Positions 18,587 through 28,203 of a DNA stretch of 64,000 nt are shown piece after piece. The notes below the pieces were generated by a model. The model was not told the origin of the DNA, searched no databases, and was given only the letters and a program-made list of their open reading frames with translations. The position numbers were made by a program, and so were the translations under genes. Positions within the stretch are counted from its first letter, which is position 1, and the number at the start of each line of letters is the position of its first letter. The DNA is from Candidatus Hydrogenedentota bacterium (GTDB lineage Bacteria > Hydrogenedentota > Hydrogenedentia > Hydrogenedentales > SLHB01): NCBI GenBank assembly GCA_045863335.1, contig BTVY01000026.1, forward strand, positions 34,486-98,485, in the 5' to 3' direction.

Positions 18587-20856
18587 CAGGCGTTTACACC
18601 GCTGCGAATCAGGTTTAACGCGCTTCCCGCTCTAAACCACTCGATCTGGTTCTCATTGTACGTATGGTTGACCTTGAACTCGTCGGTCGTGCCGTCGGCA
18701 TGGCGCAACACAATGGTCAAGGGCTTTCCCGGCGCGAACTCCGTCAGCCCCACAATATCGATGGTGTCGTCTTCCTGGACCTTGTCATAGTCGGCCTTGT
18801 CGGCAAACGTCAGCGCGAGCATGCCCTGCTTCTTGAGGTTGGTCTCATGGATACGCGCGAAGCTGCGAACCAGGATAGCTCGCACGCCGAGATGCCGCGG
18901 CTCCATGGCCGCGTGTTCCCGGGAGGAACCCTCGCCGTAGTTCTCATCACCCACCACGACCGTCCCAATTCCCGCTTCCTTATACGCTCGCTGAGTCGTC
19001 GGCACGGGGCCATACTCGCCGGTGAGTTGATTCTTCACCTTGTTGGCTTCGTCGTTGAACGCGTTGATGGCGCCGATGAAGCAGTTCTCAGAAATGTTGT
19101 CGAGATGCCCCCGGTACCGCAGCCACGGCCCGGCCATGGATATGTGGTCCGTCGTGCACTTCCCCTTTGCCTTGAGCAGGAGGCGCAGGCCCGCTAAGTC
19201 CGTACCTTCCCACGCGGGGAAGGGATCAAGGAGTTGGAGGCGCTTGGAGTCGGGTTTGACAACGACTTCCACATGGCTACCGTCCTCTGCGGGCGCTTGA
19301 TACCCCGGGTCCTCGCACGCAAACCCTTTGGCGGGCAATTCCTCGCCGGATGGCGGGTCGAGTTTGACCTGCTTCCCGCCTTCCGTAGTTAACGTGTCCG
19401 TCAGCGGATTGAACCGCAGGTCGCCCGCGAGTGCCAGCGCGGTGACCAGTTCCGGCGATGTGACAAAAGCATGCGTCTTCGGATTGCCGTCGTTGCGTTT
19501 GGCGAAGTTGCGGTTGAAGGAAGTGACGATCGTATTCGGTTCGTCGTTTCCGCCGTGCCGGTGCCGTTCCCACTGCCCGATGCAGGGTCCGCAGGCGTTT
19601 GCCAGCACGACGCCTCCGATGGCCTCAAAGTCTTTGAGAATACCGTCGCGTTCCACCGTGTAGCGGACCTGCTCCGAACCCGGCGTAATGGTGAATTCGG
19701 CCTTCGCTTTGATGCCCTTCTCGCTGGCCTGACGCGCCAGAGACGCGGAGCGTGACATGTCTTCGTACGAAGAATTCGTGCAGGACCCGATAAGCCCCAC
19801 CTCGATGGTCGTCGGCCAGTCGTGTTCCTTGGCTGCTTCCGCGAGTTTGGAAATAGGCCACGCCAAGTCGGGCGTGAACGGGCCATTCACGTGAGGCTCC
19901 AGCGTGCTCAGGTCGATCTCGATGAGTTGGTCGTAGTATTCCGACGGATTGGAATAGACCTCCGAGTCGGGCCGGAGATGCTCCCGATAAGCCTCCGCCG
20001 CTTCCGCCACGTCGGCCCGGTCCGTTGCGCGCAAGTACCGCGCCATAGAGTCGTCATACGCAAAGATCGAGGTTGTCGCACCGATTTCGGCACCCATATT
20101 GCAGACCGTGCCTTTGCCCGTGCACGACAGAGACTCCGAACCGGGGCCAAAGTACTCGACAATCGCGCCGGTTCCGCCCTTTACCGTGAGAATTCCGGCA
20201 ACCTTCAGGATGACGTCCTTTGCGGACGCCCAGCCGCTGAGTTTGCCCGTCAAGTGGACGCCGATGACCTTCGGAAACTTGAGTTCCCAAGCCATCCCCG
20301 CCATCACATCGACCGCGTCGGCGCCGCCCACACCGATAGCGATCATGCCGAGACCGCCCGCATTCGGCGTGTGAGAGTCCGTGCCAATCATCATGCCCCC
20401 GGGGAACGCATAGTTTTCGAGCACGACCTGGTGAATGATCCCCGCGCCGGGCTTCCAGAAGCCGATGCCGTACTTATCCGAAACGGACGACAGAAAATCG
20501 TAGACTTCCTTGTTGACGTCGATCGCGGTGAGCAAATCCTCGCGCGCGCCAACCTTGGCTTGAATGAGGTGGTCGCAATGGACGGTCGAAGGGACCGCCG
20601 TCTTGGCCCGGCCGGCTTGCATGAACTGCAGCAACGCCATCTGGGCCGTGGCATCCTGCATGGCGACACGGTCGGGCGCGAAATCGACGTAGGACTCGCC
20701 CCGCGCATAGGCCTCCTTCGCGACGCCGTCGAACAAGTGCGCGTAGAGGATCTTTTCCGTCAGGGTCAACGGCCGGCCAAGGACCCTTCGCGCCGCCGCG
20801 ACGCGGTCCGCGATGCGGCCGTACACCGCTTGTATCATGTCAACGTCAAATGCCAT
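18586..20856 (-). CDS. Aconitate hydratase (mitochondrial-type)
   Basis: [66 protein letters not shown] and GSSREHAA; 756 aa. Confidence 0.95.
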   Translation of the reverse strand: MAFDVDMIQAVYGRIADRVAAARRVLGRPLTLTEKILYAHLFDGVAKEAYARGESYVDFAPDRVAMQDATAQMALLQFMQAGRAKTAVPSTVHCDHLIQAKVGAREDLLTAIDVNKEVYDFLSSVSDKYGIGFWKPGAGIIHQVVLENYAFPGGMMIGTDSHTPNAGGLGMIAIGVGGADAVDVMAGMAWELKFPKVIGVHLTGKLSGWASAKDVILKVAGILTVKGGTGAIVEYFGPGSESLSCTGKGTVCNMGAEIGATTSIFAYDDSMARYLRATDRADVAEAAEAYREHLRPDSEVYSNPSEYYDQLIEIDLSTLEPHVNGPFTPDLAWPISKLAEAAKEHDWPTTIEVGLIGSCTNSSYEDMSRSASLARQASEKGIKAKAEFTITPGSEQVRYTVERDGILKDFEAIGGVVLANACGPCIGQWERHRHGGNDEPNTIVTSFNRNFAKRNDGNPKTHAFVTSPELVTALALAGDLRFNPLTDTLTTEGGKQVKLDPPSGEELPAKGFACEDPGYQAPAEDGSHVEVVVKPDSKRLQLLDPFPAWEGTDLAGLRLLLKAKGKCTTDHISMAGPWLRYRGHLDNISENCFIGAINAFNDEANKVKNQLTGEYGPVPTTQRAYKEAGIGTVVVGDENYGEGSSREHAAMEPRHLGVRAILVRSFARIHETNLKKQGMLALTFADKADYDKVQEDDTIDIVGLTEFAPGKPLTIVLRHADGTTDEFKVNHTYNENQIEWFRAGSALNLIRSGVNA

Positions 20857-20965
20857 ATCTTCACCTCGCCTGTCGCAGGGATTCCCTGATCATGTGCCGA
20901 TCAACGCGAACCTGCATTCTATAACGGTTTCTCGGATTGGGGCAAATCGGGACCCCGTGCAACCT

Positions 20966-22732
20966 CTACCTTGCGACCGATGTCGACGCGAACGGGGCAT
21001 CATCGTCCGTCACTTTCATTTCATCGTCGAGCAATGGAAGGCCGGTATCGAAGAGCCGATTAAACGCTACACGAAAAACGTTCACGAGACTGAGCGAGGG
21101 GTACACCACGTCGTTGTCACCGTTGGCCGGCTGCGGAAAACGGGCGGCGATCAGATTCGCATAACGTCTATCGACGCCGGCATCGCTCGGCTGGAGTGAC
21201 AGGGGCGCGCCCCGGCTCGAAAAGACGAGAACTGCGCAGGGCCGGCTCGACTGCCCCGCGACCACCTCGGCGATTTCGGTCACGATGCGATTCGTGAAAA
21301 AGAGTTGGTCGAGATAAGCCTCCCGAAATTCAGCGTCTTCACCCCGCATGCCCCGCTGTACCGAGAGCGACCCCGGCCCGAACGGTTGTGCGCGCCCCCC
21401 GTCCCGGGTGAAAAGGTATGGCGGTTCCGGGACGAGCAGATTGGCGAATACGAAACGCGGCTGCTCAGATTTCTCGCCGCGAATCCGTTTCAACGCATCG
21501 ACGGCGTGGAGGATGCGCGTCCGGCGAAAGGCGTAGTGCCAATAGGCGGGGTTTCGGTATTGGAGAAAATACACCGATTCCATAACGCGGGATGCCACAG
21601 TTCTTCCCGCGAGCACCATTTCAAACTCGCCGGGCGAACGAGGCGGCTCCAGACGCGCATCGACGGCCGGCTCGTCCAACTCCAGCGACTGGACGCCGGG
21701 GGACAGGGCGATGATGCGATACCCCTGGGAACGAAGAAACGAAAAGACCCGGTTCGAATGATACAGGTCGAGAACGTTGTCAACGGTGCCTTCGGCCCGG
21801 TCGGCAGCCACTACCAGGTCGTCGAGATAGTCGAGATTCAGGCAGCCGGTCAAGGAGAATGCCGGCACCGTATAATTCGAGATGCTGTCCTGCGCGATTT
21901 CGAAGCCGAGATTGCGCAGGGCGCTTTCAAATGCCATGTTGTTAAAGCCATACGTGGTGCGCAGGACGTCGGATCGGGCGTAGCCGTCCAGACAAATCAC
22001 GTAGATATCCGGCAATTCCGCATCCTTCTCCACGGCTGGGGTGATGTCCATGGGAACGATTTCCACTTCAGGCACCGGTGTGCGGTTAAACAACACCACG
22101 CCGCAATACAACGCGATTAGAATTCCGGCAAACCAGTTCGCCGAAGGGGTCAACGCGCGATAGTCGCTCCTCGAACGCAGGACTCCGTACACGACGAAGC
22201 ACGTAATGACGAGGTAGACCGTTATGATCCAGGCGGCGCGCCGTCCAAAGACGGGGGCCAGCAGGAAGGTGGCGACAACGAGACCCACCAATGCAACAGG
22301 CACCATTACCAGTGCAAAATTCCCCATCGCGCGCTTGCTTTTGCGATAGCGGTATAAATATCCGCCGATTCCCAAGAGCACCAGCCCGGCATAGGCCACA
22401 TAAAACGTGGATGGGGACCACGAAGAAAGCAGGGGCACGACGGCTGCGATCGCGTCCTCCAAAACGCCCCACAACACGATGAAAGCCAGGACCAGCGCCG
22501 ACGCGACGAACCCGGCGCGATACCGGTCGCGCAGAAGGACCCAACACAGGATCCAAAGCATGGCAGCGCAAACGGTGAGTACCATGGCTGGACGTACGAG
22601 CACGTGGAGGGGCGTCACGGAGGCATTCTGGGCGTAGAGCCCCAACAGCGGCGTCAGAGACAACATCATGGGATGTAGAACACGAACAGTGCGCAAATTT
22701 TCCAGGGCACGTTCGCCGACACCAGTGCTCAT
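20966..22732 (-). CDS. Membrane protein with C-terminal sulfatase/alkaline-phosphatase-like domain
   Basis: About 7 N-terminal TM helices, then PDIYVICLDGYARSD and SNYT. The usual His ligands appear replaced (LLVPEPP, FSSRG), so activity is uncertain. Confidence 0.7.
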   Translation of the reverse strand: MSTGVGERALENLRTVRVLHPMMLSLTPLLGLYAQNASVTPLHVLVRPAMVLTVCAAMLWILCWVLLRDRYRAGFVASALVLAFIVLWGVLEDAIAAVVPLLSSWSPSTFYVAYAGLVLLGIGGYLYRYRKSKRAMGNFALVMVPVALVGLVVATFLLAPVFGRRAAWIITVYLVITCFVVYGVLRSRSDYRALTPSANWFAGILIALYCGVVLFNRTPVPEVEIVPMDITPAVEKDAELPDIYVICLDGYARSDVLRTTYGFNNMAFESALRNLGFEIAQDSISNYTVPAFSLTGCLNLDYLDDLVVAADRAEGTVDNVLDLYHSNRVFSFLRSQGYRIIALSPGVQSLELDEPAVDARLEPPRSPGEFEMVLAGRTVASRVMESVYFLQYRNPAYWHYAFRRTRILHAVDALKRIRGEKSEQPRFVFANLLVPEPPYLFTRDGGRAQPFGPGSLSVQRGMRGEDAEFREAYLDQLFFTNRIVTEIAEVVAGQSSRPCAVLVFSSRGAPLSLQPSDAGVDRRYANLIAARFPQPANGDNDVVYPSLSLVNVFRVAFNRLFDTGLPLLDDEMKVTDDDAPFASTSVAR

Positions 22733-22879
22733 TGATTGTTTACAGCCTTTCCCAGTCCGCGATTGGGCCGTATCGTATCAGATTCCACAGAACGGAATCA
22801 TCCAGCGGATTCGGCATTGAGTATCGAGCAAATTCAAAGTGCGTTTATTGAGAAGTAAACTCGCGACGGGTGCTGTGAA

Positions 22880-22926
22880 AATCTATATAATGTATTGATT
22901 CAAAAAATCACCACAACATATTGAAT
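22880..22926 (+). promoter_or_regulatory. Tandem NrdR boxes
   Basis: aatCtAtATaatGtat (22880-22895) and ccaCaAcATaTtGaat (22911-22926) match the consensus acaCwAtATaTwGtgt, 31 bp apart, upstream of a ribonucleotide reductase operon. Confidence 0.75.
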
Positions 22927-22949
22927 TTAATCCAGTCCAGTGATACACT
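22921..22949 (+). promoter_or_regulatory. Distal sigma70 promoter P1 of thyX-nrdJ
   Basis: TTGAAT-17 nt-TACACT with an extended TG; the -35 overlaps NrdR box 2. Confidence 0.6.
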
Positions 22950-23162
22950 GTTCCCATAGCGGTAAAAGGCGTGAAGCCGACGGATTCTGGGGGATCACAG
23001 GGGTTCGAAGGCCTGTCCGGAGTGCGCAATATGCACGGTCAGGGTCACGCTAATCCTTTTATTTTTATTGGGTTAGGGTTAATTCAGACCACCGGTGCCG
23101 TCTTTAGGGAGTACGGTACTTGGTCACCAACGCCGGGCGGAAAGGCGAGGGTAACGACGTGG

Positions 23163-23191
23163 TGGACATCGCGGAAGTGCGCTTCTATAAT
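23163..23191 (+). promoter_or_regulatory. Proximal sigma70 promoter P2 of thyX-nrdJ
   Basis: TGGACA-17 nt-TATAAT. Confidence 0.55.
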
Positions 23192-23325
23192 ACATTGGCG
23201 CTGCCCCGACCCGGTGAGCGTCTGACCACCGGGGTTCCGCACCCAAACTCTGAACTCTCCAAGTTGTTTGATGATAGCTATTTAGCGTTTTCGCCCCGTT
23301 TGGGCGTCCTGCAATTGGATGGACC

Positions 23326-24108
23326 ATGGAATTTGTAGAACCAAAAGTGTTCCTTATCGGAGAAACCCGCGTTGTCGAGGAGGGTCTCCAGGCCTATTTA
23401 CAGCATGTCGGGACGCCCCAATGGTCTACGGACGCGCCTAGCGACTCTGAGAAGCTTTGCGAAGTCTACGGGCGCCTTTGCTATCGGAGTTTCGAGCCGG
23501 GACTGAACCCCAATGTCACTCGCGTTCGTAAAGGAAACGCCAATTACCTCGGCCACGTGCTCGAGGTCGGTCACGGTAGCGTGATTGAGCACGCGGTTCT
23601 GAACTTCATCCTCGCCGACGTGAGCCGGGTGTTCACCCATGAACTGGTGCGCCACCGCGCCGGCACGGCCATCTCGCAAGAGTCGCTGCGGTTTGTGCGC
23701 CTGGATCGGCTGTCGGCGTACGTGCCATCGCACATCAAGGAGGACGAAAAGGGACTCGAAGTGTTCGGCAGGACCCTCGAGCACCTGGAATCCGTACAGC
23801 GCGAACTGGCCGAGGTGTACGCCATCGAGGATGAGAAGAAGTTCGACCGCAAGAAGAAGCTTACATCGGCCTTCCGTCGCGTCGCGCCCGAGGGATTGGC
23901 GACGACGATTGGCTGGTCATGCAATTTCCGGGCGCTGCGGCACGTGATCGAGATGCGCACCGCGCCGGACGCCGAAGAAGAGCTAAGGTTTGTATTCGGC
24001 AAGGTGTACGAAGCCGTGAAGGATCGGTACACGAGTCTGATGGGCGACTATGAAGTGGAAGTCGTGGACGGACTGCCATGGATTCGCACGCCCCACAAGA
24101 AAGTTTGA
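23326..24108 (+). CDS. thyX: FAD-dependent thymidylate synthase
   Basis: GHGSVIEH, VSRVFTHELVRHR-x7-S (RHRAGTAISQESLRF), NFRALRH and AEEELR. Confidence 0.93.
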   Translation: MEFVEPKVFLIGETRVVEEGLQAYLQHVGTPQWSTDAPSDSEKLCEVYGRLCYRSFEPGLNPNVTRVRKGNANYLGHVLEVGHGSVIEHAVLNFILADVSRVFTHELVRHRAGTAISQESLRFVRLDRLSAYVPSHIKEDEKGLEVFGRTLEHLESVQRELAEVYAIEDEKKFDRKKKLTSAFRRVAPEGLATTIGWSCNFRALRHVIEMRTAPDAEEELRFVFGKVYEAVKDRYTSLMGDYEVEVVDGLPWIRTPHKKV

Positions 24109-24187
24109 GTTTAACGACGCTACGGAGGGACGCGGGGGTCCGTTCGTTAAGATACGAGATGATTCTGCGAAAGTGAGGTGACGCCAC

Positions 24188-26281
24188 ATGTTGTTCGAGG
24201 TCAAAGAGCGGTTTAAGCTGTCCGAGAAGTTCATCGACCAATTCCGTGGCACCCAGCCCAAGTGGGGGCCCCTGGGCTATGTGACGTTCAAACGCACCTA
24301 TGCCCGAGCGGTACCGGACGAGGGCGGGAGGACTGAAGAGTACTGGGAAACGGTACGGCGCGTGGTGGAAGGCTGCTACACCATCCAGTTGAACCACTGC
24401 CGCAACCTCAAGTTGCCCTGGAACACGCAGAAGGCGCAACGCTCCGCCCAGGAAATGTACCAGCTCATGTGGGACTTCAAGTTCCTCCCTCCGGGTCGCG
24501 GACTGTGGATGATGGGCTCGGACTACATCTACGAGCGCGGCTCGGCGGCGTTGAACAACTGCGCGTTCGTGTCGACCGACGAGATCAATTTCAATTTCTC
24601 GGAACCGTTCTGCTTTCTCATGGACATGTCGCTCCTCGGCGTCGGGGTGGCATTCGATACCAAGGGCGCAGGCACCGTCACCATTCACGATCCGAAACCC
24701 GCCGGTTATACCCACGTCGTCGAAGACTCCAAGGAAGGCTGGGTCGACCTGGTCCGTTGTGTCTTGGAAGCCTACGCGGGCAAGGGCAAACGGCCCGCCC
24801 ATATCGATTACTCGCAGATTCGTCCGGCCGGTTCGCCCATTCGCACCTTCGGCGGCATCGCCCCCGGCCCCGCGCCGTTGATTGAATGCATCGCCAATAT
24901 CGACAAGGTACTGGAACCTCGCATCGGCGACCGCATCACCTCGGCCGACATCACCGACCTCATGAACGTCATCGGCAAGTGCGTCGTGTCCGGCGGCGTC
25001 CGGCGCACGGCAGAACTTGCTCTCGGGAATCCCGCCGACCAGGAGTACCTGCAACTCAAGGATCCCGAGCTGTACAAGGACAAGCTGATGGCATGGCGCT
25101 GGGCCTCGAACAACAGCGTCTCCGCCGACATCGGCATGGACTACCAGCAGGTCGGCATGCAGACCGCCAAGAACGGCGAACCCGGTTACTTCTGGCTGGA
25201 AAACGCGCGTGCCTTTGGCCGCCTGAAAGACGGAATCAACAACGCCGACGAGAAGGTCCAGGGCACGAACCCCTGCGCCGAGCAGAGCCTGGAATCCTAC
25301 GAGATCTGCAATCTGGTCGAGACCTTCCCATCGCTGCACGAAAGCTTTGACGAATACAAGCGCACGCTGAAGTTTGCCTATCTCTACGCGAAGACCGTCA
25401 CCCTCGTGCCGACCCACAACGAACGCACCAACGCGATCATGCTGCGGAACCGCCGTATCGGATTGTCCCAGTCGGGTATCGTTGAAGCGTTCGAGAAGCA
25501 CGGGCGGCGCACGCACTTCCAGTGGTGCGACGAAGGCTACACGTATATTTGCAAGCTCGATCGGATCTACGCGCAGTGGCTGTGCATTCCGGAGAGCATC
25601 AAGAAAACCAGCGTGAAACCAAGCGGCACGGTGTCGTTGCTGCCGGGCGTCACGCCGGGAATCCATTATCCTCACTCGCAATTCTACTACCGGACGATTC
25701 GCATCGACCGGACCAGCCCCCTTGTGGAGCCTATCCGCCGCGCGGGGTATCGCATGGAGGACTCGGTCTACGGCGACAACACGCTCGTCGTGTACTTCCC
25801 CGTGAAGCAGCGCATGTTCGAGCGCTCCAAGAATGACGTGTCCATCTGGGAACAGGTCGAGAACGTGGCGCAGATGCAGTACTACTGGGCCGACAACCAG
25901 GTCAGCGCGACGATCACGTTCCGTCCGGAAGAGGCGCGGGACATCCCGAAGATACTGGAGTTGTACGAGCCGCGGCTGAAGTCCATCAGCTTCCTGCCGC
26001 TCGTGGAGCACAACTACGCCCAGGCGCCCTACCAGGAGATTACGCCGGAGATGTACCACAATGCGGCCTCGAAGCTGAGAGGCCTCGACTTCGAGAACCT
26101 GAACACCGACGAAACCTCCGACCTCTACTGCGACGGCGACAAGTGCGAACTGGTCATGGCGGAGCCGAAAGTGATTCCGCAGGAAGAGTTCCCCTTCGCC
26201 GCACCGCGCAACGGAAACGGCAACGGCCACCAGAAACCCGCCGAAGTCGGCGAAGAAAAAGAGGTCGGCGCGCCCTCGTAG
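24188..26281 (+). CDS. nrdJ: Adenosylcobalamin-dependent (class II, monomeric RTPR-type) ribonucleoside-triphosphate reductase
   Basis: FKRTYAR, PPGRGLW, ALNNCAF, GGVRRTAE, NPCAEQSLE..E.CNLVE, TSVKPSGTVS, WADNQVS and a C-terminal CDGDKC redox pair. Confidence 0.92.
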   Translation: MLFEVKERFKLSEKFIDQFRGTQPKWGPLGYVTFKRTYARAVPDEGGRTEEYWETVRRVVEGCYTIQLNHCRNLKLPWNTQKAQRSAQEMYQLMWDFKFLPPGRGLWMMGSDYIYERGSAALNNCAFVSTDEINFNFSEPFCFLMDMSLLGVGVAFDTKGAGTVTIHDPKPAGYTHVVEDSKEGWVDLVRCVLEAYAGKGKRPAHIDYSQIRPAGSPIRTFGGIAPGPAPLIECIANIDKVLEPRIGDRITSADITDLMNVIGKCVVSGGVRRTAELALGNPADQEYLQLKDPELYKDKLMAWRWASNNSVSADIGMDYQQVGMQTAKNGEPGYFWLENARAFGRLKDGINNADEKVQGTNPCAEQSLESYEICNLVETFPSLHESFDEYKRTLKFAYLYAKTVTLVPTHNERTNAIMLRNRRIGLSQSGIVEAFEKHGRRTHFQWCDEGYTYICKLDRIYAQWLCIPESIKKTSVKPSGTVSLLPGVTPGIHYPHSQFYYRTIRIDRTSPLVEPIRRAGYRMEDSVYGDNTLVVYFPVKQRMFERSKNDVSIWEQVENVAQMQYYWADNQVSATITFRPEEARDIPKILELYEPRLKSISFLPLVEHNYAQAPYQEITPEMYHNAASKLRGLDFENLNTDETSDLYCDGDKCELVMAEPKVIPQEEFPFAAPRNGNGNGHQKPAEVGEEKEVGAPS

Positions 26282-26298
26282 AATTGCCAGCGAACGCG

Positions 26299-26336
26299 AA
26301 CGGGCGGAGGACCTTCGGTCTTTCGCCCGTTTTTTT
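26299..26336 (+). terminator. Rho-independent terminator after nrdJ
   Basis: aacgggcggaggac-c(ttcg)g-tctttcgcccgtt followed by a T tract. Confidence 0.85.
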
Positions 26337-26408
26337 ATGTTGAGCGACGGACCGCGCCTACGGCGGGGCGAAACGCGGTCGAACACTCGCGAGCGCCAGC
26401 GCCTATTG

Positions 26409-26484
26409 TCGCTATCGGTATCGGGATCGAAATCGCTTTGCGCTTACCATTCGATCCCGATCCCGATAGCGATTCCGATCCCGA
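26409..26484. repeat. Inverted repeat built of ATCGGG/CCCGAT hexamers
   Basis: tcgctatcggtatcgggatcgaa (26409-26431) vs ttcgatcccgatcccgatagcga (26450-26472), 1 mismatch; hexamers continue to 26484. Confidence 0.8.
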
Positions 26485-26624
26485 GAAACCACGGCCATTG
26501 ATGCAAAATGACTTGCGGACTATGTTATAGCAGGGGCTCGAAGGAGGGGAACTGTACCCGACGCGTGTCTTGGTCATCGCAAGGTTGATATACTCGTACC
26601 AAGAAACCGACGAAAGGGAATCCA

Positions 26625-26930
26625 ATGAGCAGGGCCCGCATATCCTTGCCACACGACGCGATTGCCGACTTCTGCCGCAGACATCATATTCATCGCCTGG
26701 CGGTTTTTGGTTCCGTGTTACGCGACGATTTTGGACCCGAAAGCGATGTGGATATTCTCGTGGAATTCGAACCCGGGTACTGCGTGGGACTGATAACGTT
26801 CGCGGCCATGGAAAATGAACTTTCGGACCTGATCGGCCGCAAGGTAGACCTCAATACACCCGCCGGCTTAAGTCCGTATTTCAGGAATGACGCGCTTTCG
26901 GAGGCGGAGACCCAGTATGTCGCGGCATGA
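26625..26930 (+). CDS. mntA: Minimal nucleotidyltransferase (MNT) antitoxin
   Basis: FGSVLRDDFGPESDVDILVEF (GS-x10-DxD) and LIGRKVDL; overlaps the downstream HEPN gene. Confidence 0.88.
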   Translation: MSRARISLPHDAIADFCRRHHIHRLAVFGSVLRDDFGPESDVDILVEFEPGYCVGLITFAAMENELSDLIGRKVDLNTPAGLSPYFRNDALSEAETQYVAA

Positions 26931-27267
26931 TGACGGGGTCTACATACGTCACATGCTCGACCATGCGCGCACAGCATTGGAAATGTCTTCCGGTAGAAAC
27001 CGTGCATCTCTAGACACGGAACCGATGTTCCGGTATGCGCTGCTTCACCTAATCTCCATCTTGGGAGAGGCGGCCGCCCGCGTTTCGGTTGCCGCCCGAG
27101 CGCGATATCCAGAAATTGCCTGACGCGATATCGTGGGTATGCGAAGCATGCTGATACACGGGTACGATGTCATAGACTTCGATATTCTATGGAAAACCGT
27201 CGAGGACGACATTCCTGCGCTGATTGCGAAACTTGAGTCGATTCTGGAGAAGAGTCGCGACTCGTGA
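26917..27267 (+). pseudogene. hepT: HepT/DUF86 HEPN RNase toxin with an internal TGA stop
   Basis: MSRHDDGVYIRHMLD...ILGEAA...YPEIA*RDIVGMRSMLIHGYDVIDFDILW. TGA at 27121-27123 replaces the conserved Trp, and the frame continues through the RxxxxH motif to a TGA at 27265. Confidence 0.85.
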
Positions 27268-27297
27268 TGCGCCAGTAGAATTCCATACGAGGTACCC

Positions 27298-28188
27298 ATG
27301 CCCAGTCAGCAGTTTCACTCCCTGATCGCCATGGTGCGGGCGCGTCCCGCGAGTCCGGATGCCACCTTGCAGGATCGCCGGGACCGGTTTGAGCTGGTTT
27401 CCGACCTATTCCCGTTGGCGGACGACGTGATGGTGCAGGCGACGCATGCCGATGGCGTTCCGGTGGAATGGATCGACACGCCCGAGTCACGCCCCGCGGA
27501 GGTGTTGCTGTTCCTCCATGGCGGGGGGTATGCCGTGGGCTCCCTGAATACGCACCGGCACCTCGTCGCCGACCTGGCAAGGGCGGGACATGTGCGCGGG
27601 CTTTCGACGGGATACCGGCTCGCACCGGAGCATCCTTTCCCCGCCGCCATTGAAGACGCAGCCGCCGTGTACCGCTGGCTTGTGAACGAGGGCATCGATC
27701 CCGCACGGATCGTCATCGCGGGCGATTCCGCGGGCGGCGGTCTCACGCTGGCGACCATGCTTACCTTGCGCGACGCTGGGGACCCGCTTCCCGCGGCCGC
27801 AGTATTGCTGTCGCCTTGGACAGATCTCGCGGCCACCAGCGAATCCATCACCGCGAAGGCCGCCGTCGATCCCATGCTGACCCCCGACGACCTCCACAAG
27901 TACGCCGCGTGGTACCTCGGCGGTCGCGACCGCAAGGACACGCTCGCCTCGCCACTCTACGCGAACCTCGCCGGTTTGCCGCCCTTATTGATCCACGTGG
28001 GCACCGCTGAGATTCTGCTCGACGACTCCGTCCTCCTGGCGGAACGCGCGCGCGCAGCCGGGGTGGACGTTTCACTCGTGGTAGAAGACGACATGATTCA
28101 CGTGTGGCACTACTTCGCGCAGGTGATCCCCGAAGGCGAGCAATCTGTCCGCGACGTGGGCGCCTTCATTCGCAGGCACGTTTCGTAG
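27298..28188 (+). CDS. Alpha/beta hydrolase (HSL/lipolytic family IV esterase)
   Basis: HGGGY, YRLAPEHPFPAA, GDSAGG, SPWTDL, EILLDD and MIHVW. Confidence 0.92.
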   Translation: MPSQQFHSLIAMVRARPASPDATLQDRRDRFELVSDLFPLADDVMVQATHADGVPVEWIDTPESRPAEVLLFLHGGGYAVGSLNTHRHLVADLARAGHVRGLSTGYRLAPEHPFPAAIEDAAAVYRWLVNEGIDPARIVIAGDSAGGGLTLATMLTLRDAGDPLPAAAVLLSPWTDLAATSESITAKAAVDPMLTPDDLHKYAAWYLGGRDRKDTLASPLYANLAGLPPLLIHVGTAEILLDDSVLLAERARAAGVDVSLVVEDDMIHVWHYFAQVIPEGEQSVRDVGAFIRRHVS

Positions 28189-28203
28189 CCCGGGGGCCCG
28201 GCC

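Noticed and set aside
23085-23240. Cobalamin riboswitch before the B12-dependent nrdJ
   Set aside because: Only loose fragments (agggagtacggt, ctgccccg, accaccgg) are present; the GGGAAG and B12-box AGYCAGRAGACC elements are not visible. Kept only as an unexplained structured leader.
23326-26281. Prophage-derived nucleotide module (thyX + monomeric nrdJ) or an intein in nrdJ
   Set aside because: No phage structural, integrase or replication genes flank it, and host-type NrdR boxes and a terminator are present. NrdJ motifs are contiguous with no intein-sized insert.
27121-27123. TGA recoded as Trp or Sec in the HEPN gene
   Set aside because: Many clear genes here end in TGA (sulfatase, galK, thyX) and Trp is encoded by TGG elsewhere. 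The position is a conserved Trp rather than Cys, so a nonsense mutation is simpler.
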